This document shows positions 24,808-31,319 of a DNA stretch of 32,000 nucleotides, in pieces (the first letter of the stretch is position 1; every line of letters starts with the position of its first letter). The DNA is taken from positions 5,011-37,010 of the forward strand of contig NC_014149.1 of assembly GCF_000092105.1 (NCBI RefSeq), read 5' to 3'. A program made the position numbers and the translations under genes. The stretch comes from Planctopirus limnophila DSM 3776 (GTDB taxonomy: Bacteria > Planctomycetota > Planctomycetia > Planctomycetales > Planctomycetaceae). The notes beneath the pieces are model-generated. The model was not told the origin of the DNA. It saw only the letters and a program-made list of their open reading frames with translations, and searched no databases.

Positions 24808-25100
24808 AGAGTCACCCAACCAACGAAGCCCCTCAACTCTTTGAGGACGATACCGTCAGGCCGAAACCGGCCAGCCGCAAGCTGCCACCCTGCATCCCCT
24901 CGCCATCAGGCACAGGCCCAGCCGGTGAAACCTGCATGAGTTGCAGGCATCTCTGCAGAGTCAGGCACAACGATTACGTTTACCTCAAGTGCGGCCACAT
25001 GAAGCATTCGTGGAGTCGTGGAGCAGGTACCGACATCCGGGCCGGATGGGCAGCCTGCCGGCAGTGGGAGAAGAAAGATCGTCGGGAGGTGGCCCAATGA
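24804..25100 (+). CDS. Hypothetical Cys-containing small protein
   Basis: ATG 24804 (ATGA overlap). 98 aa. Contains CMSCRHLC...LKCGH. Confidence 0.5.
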   Translation: MKSHPTNEAPQLFEDDTVRPKPASRKLPPCIPSPSGTGPAGETCMSCRHLCRVRHNDYVYLKCGHMKHSWSRGAGTDIRAGWAACRQWEKKDRREVAQ

Positions 25101-25504
25101 GTACCTCAACCAAGAACCGCTGCACGTGCATTGAATGTGAGATCTCTTTTGGGATTCGACCGCCTGGCACAGTTTCACCAGTGACCTGTGAAGAGTGTAC
25201 AAGTCGATTAAAGCCCAGCCGCCTTTGTATGACCTGCCAGAGAATCATCGCAGTTGGTGAATGCTTTATCGATCATCCTCGTCTCGGTTCGCTTTGCTCA
25301 GTCTGTTGCGATAACTGGCTGAAACAGAAGGAAGACGATGCCTGGGATGAGTATTCAATGGCAGATGAAGAGGAAGAAAAACAGGGTCTCTACTCGTTCT
25401 GTAATTCACTCACGGAACTGCGGCTGGCGTTAAGGAGTTTAAAATGGGTTAGCGCTCAAGAAAACGATGCAGCAGCACAAGTCGGTCTGGAGGTGGCTGA
25501 ATGA
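25097..25504 (+). CDS. Cys-rich (multiple CxxC) protein with acidic C-terminal part
   Basis: ATG 25097 (ATGA overlap). 135 aa. Contains CTCIECE, CEEC, CMTCQ, CSVCC. Confidence 0.55.
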   Translation: MSTSTKNRCTCIECEISFGIRPPGTVSPVTCEECTSRLKPSRLCMTCQRIIAVGECFIDHPRLGSLCSVCCDNWLKQKEDDAWDEYSMADEEEEKQGLYSFCNSLTELRLALRSLKWVSAQENDAAAQVGLEVAE

Positions 25505-25902
25505 AGCACCTCACACTCAAGAACGCCACTGGCTTCAGTCGGGGCGGTCATTCCAAGACCTATCCTGCCGGCACGATCTGCATTGTCTATTCGGCGATTG
25601 ACCACAACCAGCACCTCGATCTCAAGTGGCTGGGCGATGAACTCAAAAAGGCTCGCAAGCTGAACGAAGGCAAGTCAGGCCCACCGGCTTATCTGGTCGT
25701 GATCGTCGAGGGTGAGTTCATCACTGTGCTGCCACGCGAGCAGATGGCCATCGCCGAATGCGATCAGCCAGAGCCAGCGATCCACCTGGCTGGCTTCCGC
25801 TCAGCCCCGATCACTCTGCAGCAATCGGAAGTTCTGCCGGCCGCCGCTCCCGACCCAGTGAAGCCTCCCAAGAAAGCCCCTCAACGGAGTCTCTTTGAAT
25901 GA
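25501..25902 (+). CDS. Hypothetical protein
   Basis: 133-aa ORF with ATGA overlaps on both sides. Confidence 0.55.
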   Translation: MKHLTLKNATGFSRGGHSKTYPAGTICIVYSAIDHNQHLDLKWLGDELKKARKLNEGKSGPPAYLVVIVEGEFITVLPREQMAIAECDQPEPAIHLAGFRSAPITLQQSEVLPAAAPDPVKPPKKAPQRSLFE

Positions 25903-26138
25903 GGCACCATAAGGTCAAGCCACTGGCCGGGCAGCTCTCGCTCCTGGGTGATCTGCCCGTGAAGTACTGCCCGGTCTGCGGTCGACGCCTGACGAGCGAT
26001 CGCAGCCACAAGGCTGGCATTGGCCCGCAATGCCGACGTCAGGCTCACATCGTCCGACGCCAAGACGCCATCAGTCAGTTGATTCATCGAATCGTTTTGA
26101 AGGTCAGGAAAGCCCCATGTCAAAGGTCATCGAAGTGA
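25899..26138 (+). CDS. DUF6011-like small zinc-ribbon protein
   Basis: CPVCGRRLTSDRSHKAGIGPQC matches the CxxCGRxLT...S...GIGPxC signature. Confidence 0.6.
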   Translation: MRHHKVKPLAGQLSLLGDLPVKYCPVCGRRLTSDRSHKAGIGPQCRRQAHIVRRQDAISQLIHRIVLKVRKAPCQRSSK

Positions 26139-26476
26139 AACAGGCCAAGCCGACGAAAGAAGATTATGAGTGTTTTCTGGAGTTCATGTACGGTCTTGAG
26201 CGCATGCTCGAGCATCGCGTTCACCCCGATCGCAACAAGGATGAGGAAATCGATATCAATTGGATCGATGAGAATTTGCGATACTGGATCGAAAGACAGT
26301 GGGACAATCGCAGTAAGCCTCTGGATGTTTCTTTGGTCTGGCAGCGAGTGTTTTATGCCGGCCAATGTGCCGTCGAAAACTCATGCGACCCCTCGAAGAA
26401 AGTCCTCGAATGGCGTCCTGAAATCCAGCGGGCTCTCGACTTCTACGAGGCCCACGGTCCAAAGGTAATCAAGTGA
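26117..26476 (+). CDS. Hypothetical protein
   Basis: ATG 26117 with AGGAAAG upstream. 119 aa. Confidence 0.55.
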   Translation: MSKVIEVKQAKPTKEDYECFLEFMYGLERMLEHRVHPDRNKDEEIDINWIDENLRYWIERQWDNRSKPLDVSLVWQRVFYAGQCAVENSCDPSKKVLEWRPEIQRALDFYEAHGPKVIK

Positions 26477-28467
26477 TTGAATCACTATCTGACCTGCGGC
26501 CGCTCTTTGAGCAGCCCGGCGAGGAGGGCGACTGGTGGCGTGCGATCATGCCCTACATCGCCAGCCAGGTCAGCGGCTGGAGTTCCGCTTGGATGACCAA
26601 GACAGAGGAAGAGCTGCTCAACCCGACTTATGTCGCCGCCCTGGCTCTCGGTTCCATCAACGACCGCACGAAAGGCCTTCACTTTGAACACGGTCACTCA
26701 TGGGTGACATCGGAAGTCAACCACGCTCTGCGAAATCTCGAATCAATGTGTTCCCCAACCCCTGAAGAGGAAGAGTTTTTTATGGCCACGAAAACGAAAC
26801 CAGCACCTGCCAAGCCCACCAAAGCCACGAAGCCAGCGAAGCCGAAAGAAACCGCTCCTGAGGTCACATCAGAGTCATCGCAGGAGCATCCCGGCAAGGC
26901 CTTCATCGTCGATCGCAGTCGTGACATCCCACTCTCTCAGCTCGATCCCAGCCCCTGGCAGGTCCGCAAGAAGACCAGCAGCGAGTGGATTGCCGAGTTA
27001 GGCCAATCGCTCTTGGATGATGGCCAACTGGCACCGCTGTTGGTCAGGCTGAGCAAGATAATTAATCAAGGATCGCTGGCGAATCGCTACGAAATCATTG
27101 CTGGTCATACGCGAGCCTTCGCGGCTGGTCAGGTCGGCCTCAAATCTCTGAGGTGTGACATCCTCGAATGCGATGACGAAACCGCTCAGCGGCTCGTGTT
27201 GATCGATAACGCGAAGCGGAAAGACCTCACGAAGATTGAGCAGGCCCAGGCACTGAAGGCACTGGTCGAAACGTACGAGGCGGCCGGGAAGAGTCAGCGG
27301 CAACTGGCCGCCGACATCGGGATCAGCCAGGGACAGATCAGCAATCTGACCCGGCTGCTGCTCCTGCCGCCCGAGGTGCAGGAGCTGGTGATTTCTGGAG
27401 AAATCACTCAGGCGTCCGCCCGCGAAGCAGTGCCGATGCTGCAGCATCCAAAGATTGCCAAAGCATTTGTCGCGGAGATTGCTGACATTCGAGATGTGGC
27501 CGTGGAGGAGGCGGAACGTCAGGGCGAGGAGGCCAGGATTGACCTGATGAACTCCATCCGTTCGGTCGTTCGTGAGATTGGTCAACCTCTTGATGGTCAA
27601 ATCTACTACAAGGGTCGCTGGGTGAACCGGGCCTTTAAGCTGACGCCTGAGATTGAGGAGCAGCTCGACATTGTTGATCTGTCGAGCAACCCGAAGGACC
27701 CTCGACGATATGCACTCAACAAAAAACTCTTTGAGGAGCTGCAGGACAAGGCAGAAGCCAAGAAGAAGGCGGATGAGCAGAAAGGGATCGAGGGGAAGTG
27801 CTCAGGCAAGAAGCAGCTGACGCCGGCACAGCAGAAGGAAAAGGACAAGCAGCAGGCTGAACAGCTCGCAGCGAGAATCGCGAAGTGGAAGATCAGGATC
27901 CAGAAGGACATGGTCTGCGATTGGATTGATACCACTGCGAGCGAGCGGGAGATGGTCAGCGTGCTGGGATGGCTCTGGCTGCACTGGCAGCACCACAGCG
28001 AGAAAAGGGTGATCAGCGAGAGCCTGCGTGAGGCTTTGCAAGAATCTGGCATGAAGGACTTCAACCCTGATGAACGTGAGCTCGTTAAAGCCCTGCTGAA
28101 GGCGGATCAACCAAAGGATGATTTGGTTTTTCCCCAGGTGCTCCGAAGCATGGGCCTCAAGATTCTTCGGCGATGTGAGGTCGCTCCATTTCGAATTGCG
28201 GATCCTGAGATCATTCAGATCATTTTCGATTATGCCAGACTCAACATTGAGACGGTCTGGGCCTCGGCCTACGGTGAGGACGTCGAGGAGTTTTTCGGGA
28301 TGCATTCAACGGCTCAACTGACGGCCCTGGCGAAGGAGCTCAAGATCTCCGTCAGCAGCCCCAAGAAGATCGACATGATCGACGATCTCCTGCAGCACTG
28401 CTGGGGTAAGCCCTGCCCGAAATCGATCATTGATGCCAAGGCGGCAGACGCCAGCGGGAAGTGGTGA
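26473..28467 (+). CDS. ParB/Srx-fold N-terminal domain plus HTH protein (ParB/KorB-like), with long N- and C-terminal extensions
   Basis: 664 aa. IPLSQLDPSPWQVRK, GQLAPLLVR, YEIIAGHTRAFAA (the GxxRxxA box) and SQRQLAADIGISQGQISNLTRLL (HTH). It has a Lys/Pro-rich linker KTKPAPAKPTKATKPAKPKE. The start is GTG 26473, and the N-terminal 140 aa could conceivably be a separate domain. Confidence 0.8.
   Translation: MIESLSDLRPLFEQPGEEGDWWRAIMPYIASQVSGWSSAWMTKTEEELLNPTYVAALALGSINDRTKGLHFEHGHSWVTSEVNHALRNLESMCSPTPEEEEFFMATKTKPAPAKPTKATKPAKPKETAPEVTSESSQEHPGKAFIVDRSRDIPLSQLDPSPWQVRKKTSSEWIAELGQSLLDDGQLAPLLVRLSKIINQGSLANRYEIIAGHTRAFAAGQVGLKSLRCDILECDDETAQRLVLIDNAKRKDLTKIEQAQALKALVETYEAAGKSQRQLAADIGISQGQISNLTRLLLLPPEVQELVISGEITQASAREAVPMLQHPKIAKAFVAEIADIRDVAVEEAERQGEEARIDLMNSIRSVVREIGQPLDGQIYYKGRWVNRAFKLTPEIEEQLDIVDLSSNPKDPRRYALNKKLFEELQDKAEAKKKADEQKGIEGKCSGKKQLTPAQQKEKDKQQAEQLAARIAKWKIRIQKDMVCDWIDTTASEREMVSVLGWLWLHWQHHSEKRVISESLREALQESGMKDFNPDERELVKALLKADQPKDDLVFPQVLRSMGLKILRRCEVAPFRIADPEIIQIIFDYARLNIETVWASAYGEDVEEFFGMHSTAQLTALAKELKISVSSPKKIDMIDDLLQHCWGKPCPKSIIDAKAADASGKW
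27389..27406. repeat. Copy 6 of TGATTTC-N4-GAAATCA (spacer TGGA), inside the ParB-like gene (encodes VISGEIT)
   Basis: Read directly from the sequence. The 18-mer is identical to copy 3. Confidence 0.95.
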
Positions 28468-28470
28468 TTT

Positions 28471-28499
28471 TTGACGATCAACGGATTTTGCAAAATAAT
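28471..28499 (+). promoter_or_regulatory. Sigma70-like promoter candidate: TTGACG, 17 nt, AATAAT
   Basis: -35 at 28471-28476 and -10 at 28494-28499. It lies in the AT-rich intergenic region after the ParB-like gene. A second TTGACT (28513-28518) is followed after 17 nt by GATACT. Confidence 0.45.
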
Positions 28500-28516
28500 T
28501 ATGCAAAATCCGTTGA
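28478..28516. repeat. Perfect 15-bp inverted repeat with 9-nt AT spacer (operator-like), overlapping the promoter candidate
   Basis: TCAACGGATTTTGCA-AAATAATTA-TGCAAAATCCGTTGA. Confidence 0.9.
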
Positions 28517-28563
28517 CTTTCGTTTCGCTATCGCCGATACTCATTCCATCAGACCTGCAGCAC

Positions 28564-28794
28564 ATGGAAACGAAAATGAAACTCGCAGCTTACATCTACC
28601 CAGCCAGCCACGAACTGCACGGAAAAGTAATCTGCGTCCTGCCAGCCACTCACCGATGCAAGGTGCTGAACAAAGCCTGTAAGCGGATTTTCGGGACCAA
28701 GGAAGAGTTGCCGGGCAAAGTTGCGACGCTCAAGGGTGACGCCGCGACGAGATACAGCGAATCACTCGCCGCCAACTGCTTGTACTCACGCTAG
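28564..28794 (+). CDS. Hypothetical small basic protein
   Basis: ATG 28564 (alternative 28576) within ORF 28471..28794. The upstream part of that ORF covers the promoter/operator region and is unlikely to be coding. No clear SD. Confidence 0.4.
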   Translation: METKMKLAAYIYPASHELHGKVICVLPATHRCKVLNKACKRIFGTKEELPGKVATLKGDAATRYSESLAANCLYSR

Positions 28795-28799
28795 AACCC

Positions 28800-28824
28800 G
28801 ACCTGCAGCATGTCGCTGCAGGTC
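28800..28824 (+). terminator. Hairpin (10-bp stem, 5-nt loop), possible terminator without a T-tract
   Basis: GACCTGCAGC-ATGTC-GCTGCAGGTC. Confidence 0.35.
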
Positions 28825-28867
28825 ACTTAACCCGGCCCCGACAGGCCACAGCAAGGAATGACAGAAA

Positions 28868-29122
28868 ATGGCAAATCTGACAGCAGCACACGTCGATCTC
28901 GACCAAGGCACGAACGACGATGACCGCAAGTTCGGTTACGTCTTCGGCGATGAAGGTGGATTCTTTTTTACTCACATGCCCACCCTGCAGGAGACGCTGG
29001 ATTCCATTGAGGTCGATGAAGTTGATGGGGATGGCGGATTGACCAGCGAAGAGGTTGTGGAATTCCTGAGGACTTACCTGCCCGGCAAGATTCGCTTCCG
29101 CGGTGAAGAGTCTGACGAGTAA
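28868..29122 (+). CDS. Very acidic small protein (84 aa)
   Basis: AAGGA 10 nt upstream. The sequence is rich in D/E (DLDQGTNDDD, EVDEVDGDGG, SEEVVE, GEESDE). It is bounded by hairpins on both sides. Confidence 0.6.
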   Translation: MANLTAAHVDLDQGTNDDDRKFGYVFGDEGGFFFTHMPTLQETLDSIEVDEVDGDGGLTSEEVVEFLRTYLPGKIRFRGEESDE

Positions 29123-29136
29123 TTGCCAGACCAGCG

Positions 29137-29166
29137 GGCGGGGGACATTCACCCCGCCTTTTTTGT
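29137..29166 (+). terminator. Rho-independent terminator
   Basis: GGCGGGG pairs with CCCCGCC (29152-29158), followed by TTTTTTG. Confidence 0.7.
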
Positions 29167-29190
29167 CTCACGTCCTCACTGGAATCGATT

Positions 29191-29802
29191 ATGCAAAACG
29201 CCTGCGAATTTCTCGCTGATGTCGGCTATGAGTTTCTGCTCTCTCGCTGTGAGCAGGGCCGGATTGTCCAAGATTTGATTGACGCGAAGGTCACCCCCTG
29301 GCCCAATCGATCCGGCTGCAAGTGGATCATCCCGATCACATGGCCAGACCGCGTGCCTGGGCTGGTCACATGGACGGGCCAAATGACACTGCCAAAAATC
29401 ATCAATGGGATGATTGATGCGCTGAAAAAAGCCAAGGATGTCGAGGACATCCGGGCATTCCAAGCCCCTATGACTGGGGCCACTGGCTTCGATTTGCGGA
29501 CAGCGATTGAGCCGCTGGACGCCGGATTCTCATTGGACAAACTGGGCATGCCCATCATGCGGCGAGTCGGCTTGGAGCTGCTGGGGATCATCGGACTGCA
29601 GACCTTGCCGCTGGTATCCCTCGGTGGCCGCAAGGCGGGTGTGATCTATCGAGGCAAGATGTATCAATTCCCTGTGTTGCCTCGCTCTGGCGGGTATTAC
29701 CACAAATGGGGGAACGTCACCGAGATGGAGATCGAGGAGTACATTCCTCCCGGGCTGATTGACGAGGACGAAATCGAGCCAGTTGCCGAAAGTGTCGGCT
29801 GA
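29191..29802 (+). CDS. Hypothetical protein (203 aa), stand-alone cassette
   Basis: The ORF lies between a terminator and a long stem structure. No family recognised. The C-terminus is acidic. Confidence 0.6.
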   Translation: MQNACEFLADVGYEFLLSRCEQGRIVQDLIDAKVTPWPNRSGCKWIIPITWPDRVPGLVTWTGQMTLPKIINGMIDALKKAKDVEDIRAFQAPMTGATGFDLRTAIEPLDAGFSLDKLGMPIMRRVGLELLGIIGLQTLPLVSLGGRKAGVIYRGKMYQFPVLPRSGGYYHKWGNVTEMEIEEYIPPGLIDEDEIEPVAESVG

Positions 29803-29805
29803 CAG

Positions 29806-29915
29806 ATTCCCACCACCAAACACCTTGCTCCCGCGAGGCCGCGTCTGAGGTCTCTTGTTGAGACTGAGGGCAAGGCTTGTCGGAGCTGGCCTCGCGGGCG
29901 GGTGTTTGTGGGAAT
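29806..29915 (+). other. Long imperfect stem-loop (about 26 bp paired in three helices, 47-nt apical region)
   Basis: Pairings: 29806-29813 with 29908-29915 (8 bp), 29818-29824 with 29901-29907 (7 bp), 29830-29840 with 29888-29898 (11 bp). The apical region holds a small hairpin GTCTC-TTGTT-GAGAC. Confidence 0.7.
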
Positions 29916-29932
29916 GAATGAGGGAGCAGGCC

Positions 29933-30370
29933 ATGCCGCGAAAACGGATCCCCCTGGAGCCTCGGGCCTGTGAGTATTGCGGGACGGTCTACATGCCGGA
30001 TCGCGTCACCGCTCGCTGGTGTCAATCAGGATGCTATGCCCGCTGGCTCATCGAGACCCGCAAGGCAGAGCGGGCTGCACGTCGCATCGTCTATGAGATG
30101 GTCTGCCCGATCTGTGACATTAAATTCCAGACCAGTCATCACGCGAAAAAATTCTGCTCAGAAAAGTGCCAGGCCCGCGACTCGTCACAACGGCAGATCC
30201 AGAGGCTGAAGATTGATCGGGAGACAGCCAGACGCTACCGGAGGGCACACATCGAGAGGCTGCGATCCACGCCCGAAGGCCGGGCGAAGATCAAGCGATG
30301 GAACGACCAGAAAAACGCCCGCGTCTCAGCAGAGCGACGCCAACGACGCCTTGATCGCGATAAGGAATGA
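29933..30370 (+). CDS. Basic protein with two C-x2-C...(W/F)C-x(2,3)-C zinc-ribbon motifs and an Arg-rich coiled tail
   Basis: ATG 29933 with AGGGAG upstream (alternative ATG 29918). Contains CEYCG...WCQSGC and CPICD...FCSEKC. Confidence 0.6.
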   Translation: MPRKRIPLEPRACEYCGTVYMPDRVTARWCQSGCYARWLIETRKAERAARRIVYEMVCPICDIKFQTSHHAKKFCSEKCQARDSSQRQIQRLKIDRETARRYRRAHIERLRSTPEGRAKIKRWNDQKNARVSAERRQRRLDRDKE

Positions 30371-30373
30371 AGC

Positions 30374-30649
30374 ATGCCCGCAAAACGCTCGATCACACTC
30401 CCCGATGAAATTGATGCCAAGGCCCGGAAAATGGCCTCAGAACGCGAATTGAGCTTGTCCGGGCTGATTTGCTCGCTGATCGTCGCTGAAGAGGGACGCA
30501 AACGGGCAGGCAGGCCCAAGGCTGAGCTGCCAGTTGATGAGATCGTGGCTCAGCGGCAGGCGGGCAAGACCCTCCAGTCGCTCGCTGATGCTTACGGAGT
30601 CAACGTCGGCACCATTCACCGGCTGATTGCTCGGCAAGCCAGTCTCTAA
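30374..30649 (+). CDS. Transcriptional regulator: N-terminal ribbon-helix-helix plus C-terminal HTH
   Basis: AAGGA 7 nt upstream. RSITLPDEIDAKARKMASERELSLSGLICSLI is CopG/Arc-like. GKTLQSLADAYGVNVGTIHRLI is a resolvase-type HTH. Confidence 0.7.
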   Translation: MPAKRSITLPDEIDAKARKMASERELSLSGLICSLIVAEEGRKRAGRPKAELPVDEIVAQRQAGKTLQSLADAYGVNVGTIHRLIARQASL

Positions 30650-30819
30650 TGCCGGTCCTCAATCTCCTGCAGGCCACGTTCGATCAGTTCGAGGGCCAGG
30701 CTGCGGATCGATGGGGTGCGGCCGGATTGCTTTCGCTGATCAGCGATCAGCTGCAGACGCCTTGAGAGTTGGGCTGTCGTCGGCACTCGGAGAAACTTTT
30801 GGCCGCTGCGTTCTGCCAT
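30646..30819 (-). CDS. Small ribbon-helix-helix protein (57 aa, below the ORF-track cutoff)
   Basis: Minus-strand ATG at 30819-30817 with AAGGA 9 nt upstream. Translation MAERSGQKFLRVPTTAQLSRRLQLIADQRKQSGRTPSIRSLALELIERGLQEIEDRH. Its stop TAG (30648-30646) overlaps the stop of the convergent gene 30374..30649. Confidence 0.6.
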   Translation of the reverse strand: MAERSGQKFLRVPTTAQLSRRLQLIADQRKQSGRTPSIRSLALELIERGLQEIEDRH

Positions 30820-30947
30820 TGTCTTTTGTCCTTGACGAGTGGGAGGTGCCGACTTCCAATCGGCCTTCGTCCAAGGATGGACTGTTGTCGCTCTGGGGAG
30901 AGCCGCGATCGTCGGGTGTCAGGATGATGCCCGGCGATCATTTTACT

Positions 30948-31223
30948 TCAGCCCAGGGAAACTTCCACAGGCTCTTCAGCCTGCAGGTGAGTTCGGGCAA
31001 TCAATCGACCGCGACGCAAGAGGCGACTGACTCGACCTCGATGGGTCTTGAGCACTCTTGCGATCTGGTCGAGGCTCAGGTTGCCGAGCAGCCTCAACAT
31101 CAAGGCTGAGATGGCTCGAATGTTGTGCGGTGAATCACGGTTCACCGAGATCAGATAGGTCCACAGATCGTGGTTGGGCCGGTCGAGATCGACCTTGGCC
31201 CCTCGCTTGTCTCTGACTGACAT
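30948..31223 (-). CDS. Small HTH DNA-binding protein (sigma-70 region-4-like HTH)
   Basis: 91 aa. LGNLSLDQIARVLKTHRGRVSRLLRRGR. It is transcribed divergently from the Gam-like operon. Confidence 0.6.
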   Translation of the reverse strand: MSVRDKRGAKVDLDRPNHDLWTYLISVNRDSPHNIRAISALMLRLLGNLSLDQIARVLKTHRGRVSRLLRRGRLIARTHLQAEEPVEVSLG

Positions 31224-31319
31224 ACGCCTCCATTGCGCAACAGCGACGGTTTGGGTGCAGACAACGGGCCAGTGCCCATTCTCTTTTCGTCCAACCGGAT
31301 CTTGTTGCGCGAGGTGTTT

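Noticed and set aside
26472-26484. 13-bp palindrome GTGATTGAATCAC at the ParB-like gene start, resembling the core TGATT...AATCA of the dispersed motif
   Set aside because: It is short and has a different spacing from the main motif, so it could be coincidence. It is noted only as a possible degenerate site.
30627-31109. 160-aa plus-strand ORF and 64-aa minus-strand ORF (30747..30941)
   Set aside because: The plus-strand ORF is antisense to the two minus-strand regulator genes, which have SDs and RHH/HTH motifs. The 64-aa ORF overlaps the RHH gene out of frame and is Arg-rich with no motif.
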